From the NCBI GenBank assembly GCA_040879965.1, contig JBBDJI010000013.1:298365-362364 (forward strand): a DNA stretch of 64,000 nucleotides, given 5' to 3'. How positions within the stretch are numbered: position 1 is the stretch's first letter; every line of letters begins with the position of its first letter. The stretch is from Candidatus Babeliales bacterium (GTDB taxonomy: Bacteria > Babelota > Babeliae > Babelales > JACPOV01). The translations under genes were made by a program, and so were the position numbers. Under the pieces are notes generated by a model, which made no database searches, was not told where the DNA came from, and saw only the letters and a program-made list of their open reading frames with translations. Positions 44,794 through 55,241 of the stretch are shown here, one piece after another.

Positions 44794-46041
44794 CTACCAT
44801 CCAAAAACCCTTTTGGTAAAGTTATTCGAAAACATCCCATTCAGATCTAATTTTTTTCTCACATCAATAAATTTAGTTAAATTCTCTCCATATAACTTAA
44901 AGGCATCTTCATACGTTAAATAATTTAATTTTCCCCAATGAGGCCGCCCATTAAATGGTAACAATGTTTTATAGAACTCTTTATAAAAAGGCATGAATTT
45001 TTCTTGAACTGGAGTAGTTACACTTATAAATACCACATCCCGGCCTGCAGCTGGGCTCAAATACATATCCTTTTCTGCATTAACAAAACGGCATAATATG
45101 CCATCAATACTTACTCCTTTTTTCTTATATTCCTTAATTAATTTTTGTACTGCCTCAACTGCCGGCACTAATATTTCTTGTTTTACTGCTATTTCTTCTT
45201 CTAAATATAATGGTGATGGCTGCCCTGAAAGAACTTTATACCCATATTCAATATTTTTTGATTGCGTATCGGTATTCAATATTTTTGAAAACCAAGTTGT
45301 ACGCGATTTCTCAGTTTTATTAAATATATCGACTGCAACTTCATTAGAATCTGCATAGAGAAAAAAAGAAAAGAAATCATTATTCTTGTGTAAATTTGGA
45401 TACTCATGACTTATGATTTTCCAATCAGTTGTATAATGAATATGGCTTACCCAAAATAATGGCACGCATTGCAAGGTTACGGCATAAATTATCCCTAAAG
45501 AACCGATAGTCATACGGCAAGCGGAAAACCATTCAGCATGAGAAGTTTTTGAAACTTCGTATATAGAGCCATCTGCCGCAAGTAATTCTATTTTTATTAC
45601 AAAATCGGCCATAGTACCAGTATTACCGGATCCGTGTGTTGCCGTTGAGACAACGCCCGCGATACTTTGTTCAGTAATTGCTGGTTGATTGGGCAATGCC
45701 AATCCATTATTGGCTAATACTTTTATGAGATCTTTTAATTTTATTCCTGCTTGCACACGGATCTGTTTTTTTTCTTTATCAATTACAAGCACACGATTTA
45801 AATGGTCTGTATTAAGCAAATAACCATCAGTGCACAAAATATCGGTCCATGAATGCCCGGTGCCAATTGCCCGTATTGTTTTCTTCTCAACCGCTGCTTT
45901 CTTTATAATTTCTTTTAAATGTTCAAGATTTCGTGGTTTTATAATTTGTTGCGGATTACACGTTAAATTACCTGCCCAATTTGTCCATTCATCCGCGGCT
46001 AACATGGGAAAAAGAAAAAAAAATAACATATAAATAATCAT
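44794..46041 (-). CDS. FAD-linked sugar-1,4-lactone oxidase family (L-gulonolactone/D-arabinonolactone oxidase-like) with hydrophobic leader
   Basis: NWAGN near the N-terminus, IRAIGTGHSWTDI (FAD_binding_4), C-terminal GRPHWGK (ALO domain). Confidence 0.8.
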   Translation of the reverse strand: MIIYMLFFFLFPMLAADEWTNWAGNLTCNPQQIIKPRNLEHLKEIIKKAAVEKKTIRAIGTGHSWTDILCTDGYLLNTDHLNRVLVIDKEKKQIRVQAGIKLKDLIKVLANNGLALPNQPAITEQSIAGVVSTATHGSGNTGTMADFVIKIELLAADGSIYEVSKTSHAEWFSACRMTIGSLGIIYAVTLQCVPLFWVSHIHYTTDWKIISHEYPNLHKNNDFFSFFLYADSNEVAVDIFNKTEKSRTTWFSKILNTDTQSKNIEYGYKVLSGQPSPLYLEEEIAVKQEILVPAVEAVQKLIKEYKKKGVSIDGILCRFVNAEKDMYLSPAAGRDVVFISVTTPVQEKFMPFYKEFYKTLLPFNGRPHWGKLNYLTYEDAFKLYGENLTKFIDVRKKLDLNGMFSNNFTKRVFGW

Positions 46042-46125
46042 CCTTCTCCTATTTTTATCTTCAAGTGACTATTGAAATACGTTTTAGAAAATTATTAACT
46101 TAAATCAAAACTAGCAAGGAGACCT

Positions 46126-47100
46126 ATGCTTCCTTATCTTGATATTATCTATATTTTTATTTCAATAGTTTGCTATTCGGCATATATAATTCTCATAAAA
46201 GGAGTTTCAAGAAAAAATATCTTAGTCTCGTTATTTTGGATTCATACGGTTACTTATGTAGGATTTTTTTGTATATATTTATTTCGTAAATTTATATTAG
46301 AGCATGATTTGTTTGCAGTTGAAGAACTTATTCATGAATTCACGTTTATTAATGCACCATTATATCTTCTCATGGGTTTAAGTTTTCTGGGTTCATTTTT
46401 GATTTTCAATATTCTCATCATTAATTATCCAATTTCAAGAGTTTTACCTTTTGCAAAAATAAGCATGTTTTTCATTCTAATTGGTTATGCGATACTTGGA
46501 GATCCTTTTACGTGGAAATCAATGCTCGCCGCAAGTATTGTAGCAGTTGGCGCATTGCTCGCCGCGCTCGATGAAATGCCCTGGCCAAATCCTATAAAAC
46601 CTTTTTTAGATGTGCCAAAGAAATTATGGATTGGTATACTTTGTGAATCATTACTTCTTACCCTCAATGCTCTCATTACATTTTTTTTAACACAAAAAAC
46701 CACTATCGATGAAACAATTATGGAAAGTTTAAAGCATGTTTTTCCGTTTTCTTTTCATAATCCCTTTTATTTTAATTTGGGCGCGCGATTTTTTATTATG
46801 ATTACTTTTTTCTTTTATATTTATGTTATTAAGGAATATAGAGAACATTTCTTTAAAGTACTTTCTGAACAAGGAAACTATATTTTCTTGCTTGGCATTT
46901 TATATTTAGCGTCAGCTTATGCTTATCAAGATGCCTATTTATTAACTAAAGATAAAGATGTTCTGGCTGCTTTAAGCAAACTCAGCATTCCATTGGTGAT
47001 CTTTTTAAGTTCATATACGTTAAATGAAAAAATCGATGCGCCACAAATTATTGGATCGGCATTAATTGTAGCAGGCGGGGTTATTTCATTCTTATTTTAA
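46126..47100 (+). CDS. Multi-pass membrane protein, DMT (EamA-like) transporter candidate
   Basis: 324 aa with about 10 hydrophobic helices in two halves. No sharp motif. Confidence 0.4.
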   Translation: MLPYLDIIYIFISIVCYSAYIILIKGVSRKNILVSLFWIHTVTYVGFFCIYLFRKFILEHDLFAVEELIHEFTFINAPLYLLMGLSFLGSFLIFNILIINYPISRVLPFAKISMFFILIGYAILGDPFTWKSMLAASIVAVGALLAALDEMPWPNPIKPFLDVPKKLWIGILCESLLLTLNALITFFLTQKTTIDETIMESLKHVFPFSFHNPFYFNLGARFFIMITFFFYIYVIKEYREHFFKVLSEQGNYIFLLGILYLASAYAYQDAYLLTKDKDVLAALSKLSIPLVIFLSSYTLNEKIDAPQIIGSALIVAGGVISFLF

Positions 47101-47154
47101 AACTGAAACAGAATAAAATCGTGGATAAGACAGTAGACCAAAAAAAGTAATTAC

Positions 47155-47553
47155 TTAAGCTCTACCAAACCATTTGAACAAACCATAAAATGAAACGGCT
47201 ATTAAACCAAAAACGCTGAGTTTCCCTAAAGACGTTAAGCGTTTAATGGAAGGTGATTCTGAGGTAAGTTCTGAATTACAAGATTGGTCAATATGGTTAT
47301 GCTTTAGAATAAAATTTTTCTCTTTTTTTAAAAATAATGGAATTATAGTTTGAGAACAAGAAAAAGTGATTTGTGGATAATTTTCTTTTAATCCTATAAT
47401 TTCTTTAATTTCCCAGGATTTTGATCCTGCTGTTGGAAAATAATTTTGCCCAACTTTTAACTCATAAGGGCAAATTGACTTATTATCATCTGCTCTAAAA
47501 AATTGAATACAAAAAAGAAAAGGTAAAACTAAAATTGGTAGTTTTTTCAACAT
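47155..47553 (-). CDS. Hypothetical secreted protein with C-terminal TM
   Basis: Start placed at ATG 47553, preceded by a strong SD aaggagg. Signal-like MLKKLPILVLPFLFCIQFF. Confidence 0.45.
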   Translation of the reverse strand: MLKKLPILVLPFLFCIQFFRADDNKSICPYELKVGQNYFPTAGSKSWEIKEIIGLKENYPQITFSCSQTIIPLFLKKEKNFILKHNHIDQSCNSELTSESPSIKRLTSLGKLSVFGLIAVSFYGLFKWFGRA

Positions 47554-47617
47554 ATCATCCTCCTTGGCACAGAAAAATAAGTCCCCATCTATGAGACAAA
47601 CCTCCATTTATCTATGC

Positions 47618-47968
47618 TTAAATTTGCTCAATACGTATGACAGTCAGCGATTGACGATGTCCCTTTTTTACACGAGATTTTTTGCGTCGTTTGAATTTGA
47701 AAATAACGACTTTAGGCCCTTTTGTTTGTTTAACAATAGAAGCTTTAACTGGCTTATTAATGAATGGTTGACCAATCTCAATATTTTCCGGCCCTTCTTT
47801 GCGGAGCAATACTTCTGGAAATTCAATTTCTTGCCCTACTTCGCCTTCAATTTTCTCGATAGCAATTGTTTTACCTTCTATCGCTTGATATTGCTTGCCA
47901 CCTGTCTGTATAATCGCATATCTATCAAATGTAATACCGTTGGGTGTCATTTCTGCTTTATTTTCCAT
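47618..47968 (-). CDS. rplU: Ribosomal protein L21 (bL21) with short N-terminal extension
   Basis: YAIIQTGGKQYQAIEGKTI..., KVVIFKFKRRKKSRVKKGHRQ is the L21 signature. Confidence 0.85.
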   Translation of the reverse strand: MENKAEMTPNGITFDRYAIIQTGGKQYQAIEGKTIAIEKIEGEVGQEIEFPEVLLRKEGPENIEIGQPFINKPVKASIVKQTKGPKVVIFKFKRRKKSRVKKGHRQSLTVIRIEQI

Positions 47969-48189
47969 TGAATCTTACCTTTTAGCTGAACTTTTTCATG
48001 TTTTACTATAATTATAAATAAATTACTCTTTTCTGTCTAGCTAGCCTCTATTTTATAATTTTTCTGCCATCAAACCTATGTTTTCAAATAGAAATGCTCA
48101 AAATGACAGAAGAAGCTAACTTTAACCTATTTTTAATATTCTGCTATACTCACTATAATCTTTTAAATTTTGTATAAAGGACTTTTATT

Positions 48190-49671
48190 ATGAACTGGAT
48201 TCTTTGTTTATTTCTTACGTTGTTCATTAATAATTTTCATATAACCAATAGCAATCAGCATGAAACACCTTCAAAGCAAAGTAATTTTACTCTTTCCTAT
48301 GAAATATGTATGAATCAATTAAACACATTGGAATATACACTTCTTGAAATACTCACTGCATTACATGATCATTTAGAATACTGGGAACAATTACAATTGC
48401 GTCCAATTCGGCGTTTTATCAGTAACGGCCCTTTAAAATGGTTTAAATCTCAATCGCAAACGATAGAAATTAAAGACCACGTCAAAGTTTTACAACAAGA
48501 AATTGAAAATATTAGCCGGTATATTGGCTATTTGCATGAAATTAAACAACAAAAAAAATCTGCTTCCGCTAATTTTGCCCATCAAGAACTTTATCGGTTA
48601 GCGCATATTATCAATAAATGTCTGGATTATTCTGATCCAAATACGCAACCGATTATAAAAGAAAATCTTGAACAAGAACTCAATATACTATTGATGAAAA
48701 ATAAAAAAAAATTAGCTCATTTTAAAAATACTATGAACGGTCGCATTGCAATACATAAAAAACCCTCTCATTTTTCTCGGCATTGGCTCGAATATTCTAT
48801 TGGAGCGCTTTCCGCACTTAGTTCTTTGGCTTACTGGTATAAAAATCATGATAAAGTAAATAAATGGGTACATGACACCCATACTTCTGGCAAAAATTTT
48901 TATCATAATTATGCATATCAACCAATACAAAATATAATCGATATTTTTTATGGTAAATATGAAACTAAAGAACTAATTACTACCGAAGAAATAAAAAATT
49001 TAGAAGAAATGAAAAGAGAAGGAATTATTAATTTTTATAAAAAGCATACTAATCTTGCTGAACAAGAAATTAAAAAAATTGCAGAAGAAGCAATTCAACA
49101 AAAAACTTTACCAGAATTGATTAGAAAAAAATGGTTAGAGACCTCACCAAATGCATTGTGGAATGTATTAATTGGAAGCACAAGATTACCATATATCGGT
49201 AATAAAGATGCCATTTGGCTCGCTCTTTTGAAAATAGATGATGGTATTATCACTGGAAAATCTGCTTTATTACTTGGGCAAGATATACTTAAAGCAAATT
49301 CGCTCAATCAACAAATTCTAGTTGCTATACCTGCCGTACTCACGATACTCGGTGGATGCTATACGATAAAAAAAGCTTATAATTTATTTAAAAAAAATCC
49401 ATTTGATTACATACAAAAAGAATTGATATCAATTGAAAGTATTTTAAATAAGTATAACAACTCGTCAATGTCTATAGATTATACTGCATTAGGTCTTATT
49501 CATTATCATGAATATAAAATCTTAAATAATATCGATTGCATTCCAGTTGGTGATCAAGCACGATTTATTCGTGATCTATCAGAACTCGATTCACTTGAGT
49601 TTTCAATCCCACAAAAAATTGCAACTATTAATCGCATGTATCGCGCCTATCCATTTTTAGTAAAAAAATAA
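48190..49671 (+). CDS. Hypothetical membrane protein
   Basis: 493-aa ORF with signal-like N-terminus and internal hydrophobic segments (SIGALSALSSLAYW, ILVAIPAVLTILGG). No family recognised. Confidence 0.5.
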   Translation: MNWILCLFLTLFINNFHITNSNQHETPSKQSNFTLSYEICMNQLNTLEYTLLEILTALHDHLEYWEQLQLRPIRRFISNGPLKWFKSQSQTIEIKDHVKVLQQEIENISRYIGYLHEIKQQKKSASANFAHQELYRLAHIINKCLDYSDPNTQPIIKENLEQELNILLMKNKKKLAHFKNTMNGRIAIHKKPSHFSRHWLEYSIGALSALSSLAYWYKNHDKVNKWVHDTHTSGKNFYHNYAYQPIQNIIDIFYGKYETKELITTEEIKNLEEMKREGIINFYKKHTNLAEQEIKKIAEEAIQQKTLPELIRKKWLETSPNALWNVLIGSTRLPYIGNKDAIWLALLKIDDGIITGKSALLLGQDILKANSLNQQILVAIPAVLTILGGCYTIKKAYNLFKKNPFDYIQKELISIESILNKYNNSSMSIDYTALGLIHYHEYKILNNIDCIPVGDQARFIRDLSELDSLEFSIPQKIATINRMYRAYPFLVKK

Positions 49672-49808
49672 TAGATTATACAAAATTTGTACTAGATTAA
49701 TAAATTTTTTATTTATATATAAAAAAGAAATATTTAATATTGATTGACAATATTATTTTTTGCTATTATAAATTTATCGCTTGGAGTAATAAGGGGGAGA
49801 CGTATTAA

Positions 49809-50309
49809 ATGAAAATTAAACATATAGCAACTATACTTGCATTCAATTGTCTATCATTTGCAGCACTTGTCGCACAACATACTGAAGAACGAATTAATAA
49901 AGCTGAAAATGAGCAAAATGCTTTACATCAAGCAGAAGCATTCGTTTTACAAAAACTTAATGAAATTGAATTAAATGCACGTATTAAGCAACAAGTATAT
50001 AAAAAACAATTATTTTATGGGCACCCACTTGATAAAACTGATATTGAAATTTTGATTAGAAATATCACTCAATTAGAAAATACTAATCCTAGAACTGCTT
50101 GTGATAAACCCACTAAAGAATTAACTAAATCAGAATTTTCTGAAATATTTCAAATCATTAAACAAACTGCATGTAATGTACAACATGATAAAGGAAGATA
50201 TTTTCTACCCTATGAACATGAAAAAGAGAGGTGGAAACAAATTATTCGTCGATTTTTTAATCGAACCAGAGCGATTATCAGAAGTTTTGGCCAAAGCCGA
50301 TACAACTGA
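49809..50309 (+). CDS. Hypothetical secreted protein
   Basis: 166-aa ORF with SD gggggag upstream and a signal-like N-terminus. Confidence 0.5.
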   Translation: MKIKHIATILAFNCLSFAALVAQHTEERINKAENEQNALHQAEAFVLQKLNEIELNARIKQQVYKKQLFYGHPLDKTDIEILIRNITQLENTNPRTACDKPTKELTKSEFSEIFQIIKQTACNVQHDKGRYFLPYEHEKERWKQIIRRFFNRTRAIIRSFGQSRYN

Positions 50310-50363
50310 TAATAACAATTCAAAAACAAAAAAGTATGCAGACAGAAAAAAGAAACCGCCTAA

Positions 50364-52964
50364 TCATTGCTTTTCTTTTATAAGCCAAAGTAGATCTAAT
50401 GCTTTTTTAGGAGATATATCATTTAAATCAAGTGAATGGAGTATGTTTAAGGAATCACCTTTCGCATTAAGTTTTGCTTCAAGTTCAGTAATTCTCTCTT
50501 TTAGATTTTGATTCTCTTGATTGATATCGGTATTGTTTATATCAAAAATAGAAGATTGATTATTTTCTGTTTTATGTACAGTAAAATTATGAAGTAGCAT
50601 ATCAGCTCGTTCAATAACTGCAGCCGGCAACTGTGCTAACCTGGCAACTTCAATCCCAAAACTACCATCGGCGGCCCCTTTTAAAATTTTATATAATAAT
50701 AAAATACCAGAATTCGTTTTTTTGCTTGCCGCATGATATGAAATTATGCCTTGATATTGCTCATCTAATTTTGTTAATTCATGATAATGCGTAGCAAAAA
50801 GACACCGTGCTTTTACTACTTTATAAAGATATTCCACTACTGCTTGTGCAATTGCTAACCCATCAAAAGTACTGGTACCTCTTCCTACTTCATCTAAAAT
50901 AACAAGACTATTTTTGGTTGCATATGAGCAAATGCCAGCAGTTTCTTCCATTTCCACTAAAAAAGTACTTTTACCATCTGCTACATTATCACCAGCACCA
51001 ATTCGCGTAAAAATACGATCTAATATAGGAACATTCACACTTTCTGCCGGCACAAAAGCACCACACTGAGCCATTAAACACAATAACGCCACTTGTCTTA
51101 AATAGGTTGATTTTCCACCCATATTTGGTCCAGTAATAATAAGTAATCTTTCTTGATCAGTAATTTGTATATCATTCGGAATAAAACGATTACCTAATTT
51201 TTGCTCAATAACTGGATGCTTACCATTTAAAATCTTTATCTCATTTTTATCATTGAAAGCAGGACGAATGTAATTACGATTATATGCTACTTGAGCAAAG
51301 CCAAGCAATCCGTCTAGATAGGCAAGTGTTTGTGCAATGTTGCGAAGTTGTGAAATATAATTACTCACTTCTTTTTTAATGTGTTCAAAAACTTCTTGCT
51401 CCAGCTTGTCTACTTGTAAGCGTGCAGCCATCATTTCTTGTTCACATTGTTTTAACTCAATGGTAGTAAACCGTTCTTTGCCGACTAATGTTTGATTTCT
51501 TATATAATCATCTGGTACTAAAGCTAAATTTACTTTTGTTACTTCAATGTAATAACCATATATTTGGTTATACCGAATTTTTAATGAATTTATGCCTGTA
51601 CGTTTCTGTTCTTTTTTTTCTAAATCCAATAAAATTTGATGGCTATTCTCAACTAATTCTCGACAATAATCTAATTGCTGATCAAATCCTTTATTAATAA
51701 TCCACTCATTACTGGTATCATCGTTCAAAGCAGATGTTAATAATTTTTTTAAAACATCAAGCCCTTCATATTGCTTTTTTAATGAGGGAATCGCATTAAA
51801 AGCATTTAACAATTCGCATAATGTAGGAATAGTGGTAAGTACTTTTGTTAATGAAATATAATCACTTGCTTGTGCCCGCATTAATGCAATTCTACCGACT
51901 ACCCGCTCAAGATCACCAATTTGCATTAATAATTCTCGTATTTGTTGTGTTAAGTGAGGATTTTCAATAAACTGCTGCACAATATTTTGTCGTTTTATGA
52001 TATGCTCTTTATTAAGTAATGGCCGTACTAACCATTTTTTTATGGTACGTGAACCCATTGGGGTTGCTGCTTCATCCAACAGCGCAAATAAAGTATTTTT
52101 TCTTCCGCCATCTTGATTATTTTTAATTAATTCTAAATTGCGCTGCGTTGCCGCATCTAATATTAGAAAATCTTCCGCCTGATATAATTGAATATCCTTA
52201 AATTGCATTAATGATGTTGATTGATTTCGCTTTAAATACCAAAAAAAATTCACTAAAGCATTTTCCATTGCTGGAAATTTTTGAACCGAGGTATACGCTT
52301 GCATAGGAAATTGATTAGTCATCCAAGATTGGGCAGCACTGTCTAATTCATCGTATTCATTGAGCGAAACAGCATAACCAAGCTGTGAAAATTGTTGCCT
52401 AAATTTAGTAACTTGTTGCACAGGCGGCATAATAACTTCATCAGGCAAAAAACGCGATAATTCAGTTTCAAGTAATCGCATTGCTTCAGCAGGCAAAACC
52501 GTTGCAAATAATTGTGCGGTTAATAATTCACCAAAAACTAAGCCCCAATAATCTGCATGTGGATACCAAGAAAGTAGATATGATGCTGATTTTGCATCAA
52601 GCAATTTTCCATCGGTTAAAGTACCAGGTGTTAATACTTGTGTAACACCGCGTTTGACGACTGTTCCCGGTTTTGCTTCTTCAAGTTGATCACAAATCGC
52701 AACATGAAAACCACCTCGTACTAATTTAGCTAAATAAAATTCAAGCGCATGAACAGGTACGCCACACAATGGAATAGGTTCACCATTATTTTTTCCACGA
52801 GCGGTTAAAGTAATACCCAAAAAAGCCGCCGCTTTTTTTGCATCTTCAAAAAAAAGCTCATAAAAATCACCAACCTGAAATAATAATAATGCATCAGGAT
52901 ATTGCTGCCTTATATCTGCATATTGTTTCATCAAAGGAGTTGTTGGATTATATATTCCACTCAT
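50364..52964 (-). CDS. mutS: DNA mismatch repair protein MutS
   Basis: N-terminal TPLMKQY...GDFYELF mismatch-binding motif, Walker A TGPNMGGKSTYLRQ, DEVGRGTST, THYHEL. Confidence 0.9.
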   Translation of the reverse strand: MSGIYNPTTPLMKQYADIRQQYPDALLLFQVGDFYELFFEDAKKAAAFLGITLTARGKNNGEPIPLCGVPVHALEFYLAKLVRGGFHVAICDQLEEAKPGTVVKRGVTQVLTPGTLTDGKLLDAKSASYLLSWYPHADYWGLVFGELLTAQLFATVLPAEAMRLLETELSRFLPDEVIMPPVQQVTKFRQQFSQLGYAVSLNEYDELDSAAQSWMTNQFPMQAYTSVQKFPAMENALVNFFWYLKRNQSTSLMQFKDIQLYQAEDFLILDAATQRNLELIKNNQDGGRKNTLFALLDEAATPMGSRTIKKWLVRPLLNKEHIIKRQNIVQQFIENPHLTQQIRELLMQIGDLERVVGRIALMRAQASDYISLTKVLTTIPTLCELLNAFNAIPSLKKQYEGLDVLKKLLTSALNDDTSNEWIINKGFDQQLDYCRELVENSHQILLDLEKKEQKRTGINSLKIRYNQIYGYYIEVTKVNLALVPDDYIRNQTLVGKERFTTIELKQCEQEMMAARLQVDKLEQEVFEHIKKEVSNYISQLRNIAQTLAYLDGLLGFAQVAYNRNYIRPAFNDKNEIKILNGKHPVIEQKLGNRFIPNDIQITDQERLLIITGPNMGGKSTYLRQVALLCLMAQCGAFVPAESVNVPILDRIFTRIGAGDNVADGKSTFLVEMEETAGICSYATKNSLVILDEVGRGTSTFDGLAIAQAVVEYLYKVVKARCLFATHYHELTKLDEQYQGIISYHAASKKTNSGILLLYKILKGAADGSFGIEVARLAQLPAAVIERADMLLHNFTVHKTENNQSSIFDINNTDINQENQNLKERITELEAKLNAKGDSLNILHSLDLNDISPKKALDLLWLIKEKQ

Positions 52965-53114
52965 AATTAAACTTATACTTTAATGTTTAGAGATATGTTC
53001 AAAAACATATCATGGATGCTCTATATCTTCAAGAAAAAGGCATAAGCCAATCAACAATCTTGCCCCCTCCTTGAACAAATTATTAACATCAAGCATATAA
53101 AAAAGGAGGGGGTC

Positions 53115-54800
53115 GTGAAAAAAATAATTTTTTTAATTTTTCTTAATATTGTTGCAACTACTTATGCTTCAGAGGATATTCCAGCCGAGTTTCAAAATTA
53201 TCATACCAAAAAATGGCCTCAATTTTTAGTTAATTTTTACAATGCAATTCAAGAAACATTATATGATGTTAAAGAAAATATAACGAGCATTCCGCAAGCC
53301 GTATATTTTAAATTTATCGGCAAACATCCGCATGCTGAAGAACAAGCTATAGTACGATTTTCTGAAAATGATGATATTTCTGATATAGAGAAGGAATTCA
53401 TTAAGCAACGTTTAAAATTTGTGAAAGAAAATTTAGAAAAAGAATTTAATATTTCTTTAGATGAAAATAAAATACCACGAATTGGCCTAATTTTTAGTGG
53501 TGGTGGTTTTCGCGCTATGATTACCACACTTGGCTTTTTATGTGGCGCGCAAACGATAGGACTTCTTGATAATACTTTATACTGTACTGGCCTTTCTGGT
53601 TCAACATGGGCTCTTGCTCCTTGGATTGCTTCTAAAAAACCACTTCTACAATTTACCAAAGAACTTACCAACAAATTATCCTATGGTATAGATCATATAG
53701 ATACCCCTTATGAACTGAGTGAATTATTAGAAATTTTTGTTACAAAATTACTATGTGGTCAATTTATATCTACTATGGATATTTATGGCAACGTTATTGT
53801 AAATACCTTACTCAGAGATTTGATTGATAAGCCTATGCTTATACGCATGACAGAATCTCACGCACATATTTTAAATGGTTCTGCACCGTTACCAATTTAT
53901 ACCGCGATACAAACACATCGCGATCCATATGAATGGATGGAGTTTACGCCATTTGAAGTGGGAAGTTCATATTTAAAATCATATGTGCCAACATGGGCCT
54001 ATGGCAGAAGCTTCTCCGGTGGTTCCTCACATGATTATGCACCAGAACAAACATTAGGTTATTTTTTGGGTATTTTTGGTTCAGCTTTTGAAGTAAACTT
54101 GAAGGATATTGTTCGCATGAGTGCTACTAATCTTTCTTATTATGGTCATCAATTACCAGGAATACTTGCCGGTGCTTTAAAAAAATGCCTTCGTCTTATT
54201 TTAGATTCTTTTTTAGGTGAAATGAGATTATTTCCTTCAATGCTTTCTAATTTTACTTATCTATGCGAGCAAAGCCCTATTTGTGATGAAAAAACAATTC
54301 CACTGGTTGATGCCGGTATTGATTTTAATTTACCTTTTCCGCCATTACTCAGACCGGCACGCAATATGGACATTCTAATTGTGTATGATGCTTCAGCAGA
54401 TATTGAAAATGCACCGGAATTAAGACGAGCAGAACGATATGCGCAGAGAAATGGCCTTAAATTTCCACCTATTAATTATGAAATAGTTGATAAGCAACCA
54501 GTAAGTATTTTTAAAGATACTGAAGATCCGCAGGTACCAATGGTTATTTATTTTCCACGCATAAAAAATATAAATTATTCAATGGAATTTGACCCTGAAT
54601 ATTGCATTGAAGGGGATTATTGCAATACATTCAACTTTAGTTATAAACCAGAAGAAGCAAAATTATTATGTGGCTTTGCAGAATTTGCATTGCATGAACA
54701 ACAAGAACTCATAAAACAATCAATTCAAGATGTGCTTGTGGAAAAATATGGTTATGCAATGACTACGCCCTCAACAGAAGCAATGGAGATTGTAGCATAG
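53115..54800 (+). CDS. Eukaryote-type cytosolic phospholipase A2 / lysophospholipase (PLA2_B, group IV-like) with signal peptide
   Basis: SGGGFRAM (oxyanion/Arg), GLSGSTW (nucleophile Ser), LVDAGIDFNLPFPPLLRPARNMDILIVYDASA (Asp region, close to cPLA2-alpha VDSGLTFNLPYPLILRPQRGVDLIISFDFSA from memory). GTG start after aaggaggggg. Confidence 0.85.
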   Translation: MKKIIFLIFLNIVATTYASEDIPAEFQNYHTKKWPQFLVNFYNAIQETLYDVKENITSIPQAVYFKFIGKHPHAEEQAIVRFSENDDISDIEKEFIKQRLKFVKENLEKEFNISLDENKIPRIGLIFSGGGFRAMITTLGFLCGAQTIGLLDNTLYCTGLSGSTWALAPWIASKKPLLQFTKELTNKLSYGIDHIDTPYELSELLEIFVTKLLCGQFISTMDIYGNVIVNTLLRDLIDKPMLIRMTESHAHILNGSAPLPIYTAIQTHRDPYEWMEFTPFEVGSSYLKSYVPTWAYGRSFSGGSSHDYAPEQTLGYFLGIFGSAFEVNLKDIVRMSATNLSYYGHQLPGILAGALKKCLRLILDSFLGEMRLFPSMLSNFTYLCEQSPICDEKTIPLVDAGIDFNLPFPPLLRPARNMDILIVYDASADIENAPELRRAERYAQRNGLKFPPINYEIVDKQPVSIFKDTEDPQVPMVIYFPRIKNINYSMEFDPEYCIEGDYCNTFNFSYKPEEAKLLCGFAEFALHEQQELIKQSIQDVLVEKYGYAMTTPSTEAMEIVA

Positions 54801-54843
54801 AACATATCGTTTTTATAACATGTTTATAGTTTAACTTTCAAGT

Positions 54844-55188
54844 ATTTGGCCTCATACCGGCCAAGACATAAGGGTATTGCTTGCCCAATACCCTTAACAC
54901 AAGGGCACCAACGTCCCGTTGGATTATTTTCTCGCTCATAACGAGAAGTCTCATACTTCAGGTTTTCAACCTTCGTCTTCAGATCTCGACTCGCTACCGG
55001 ATTAAAATAAAATAAATTAAAAAAATTCATGTGACCAGATCCGAGGCTTTAGCTGCAAGGAGGAGTGAGCACGAATTTGGGCGAATGAGCAATCCAACAT
55101 GTTGGTGTATTTTTGTCCAGTTTTTTGTACAAGCAAAAAGATTGGTGCTGCGCGCATAGCGCCGGAAGAATTACCGTTTAAAGATCAT
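54844..55188. repeat. GC-rich hairpin-dense element, copy A (~345 nt)
   Basis: Direct repeat of 56960..57365. Two GC-rich arms split by aaaataaaataaattaaaaaa. Hairpins at 54846-54864, 54870-54895, 54908-54922. Lies between convergent gene ends. Confidence 0.85.
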
Positions 55189-55241
55189 GAATATTTAGAA
55201 AAATTTTTTTGTATATATATCTTAATCAAACAACTATAAAA

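Noticed and set aside
54824-55030. 68-aa minus-strand ORF inside GC-rich element copy A, and the 74-aa ORF 57110..57334 inside copy B
   Set aside because: The two ORFs cover different parts of the repeat. The frame open in the left arm of both copies has no start codon in copy B (TGA immediately upstream), and 7 of 9 substitutions in it are non-synonymous. The element is better explained as non-coding.
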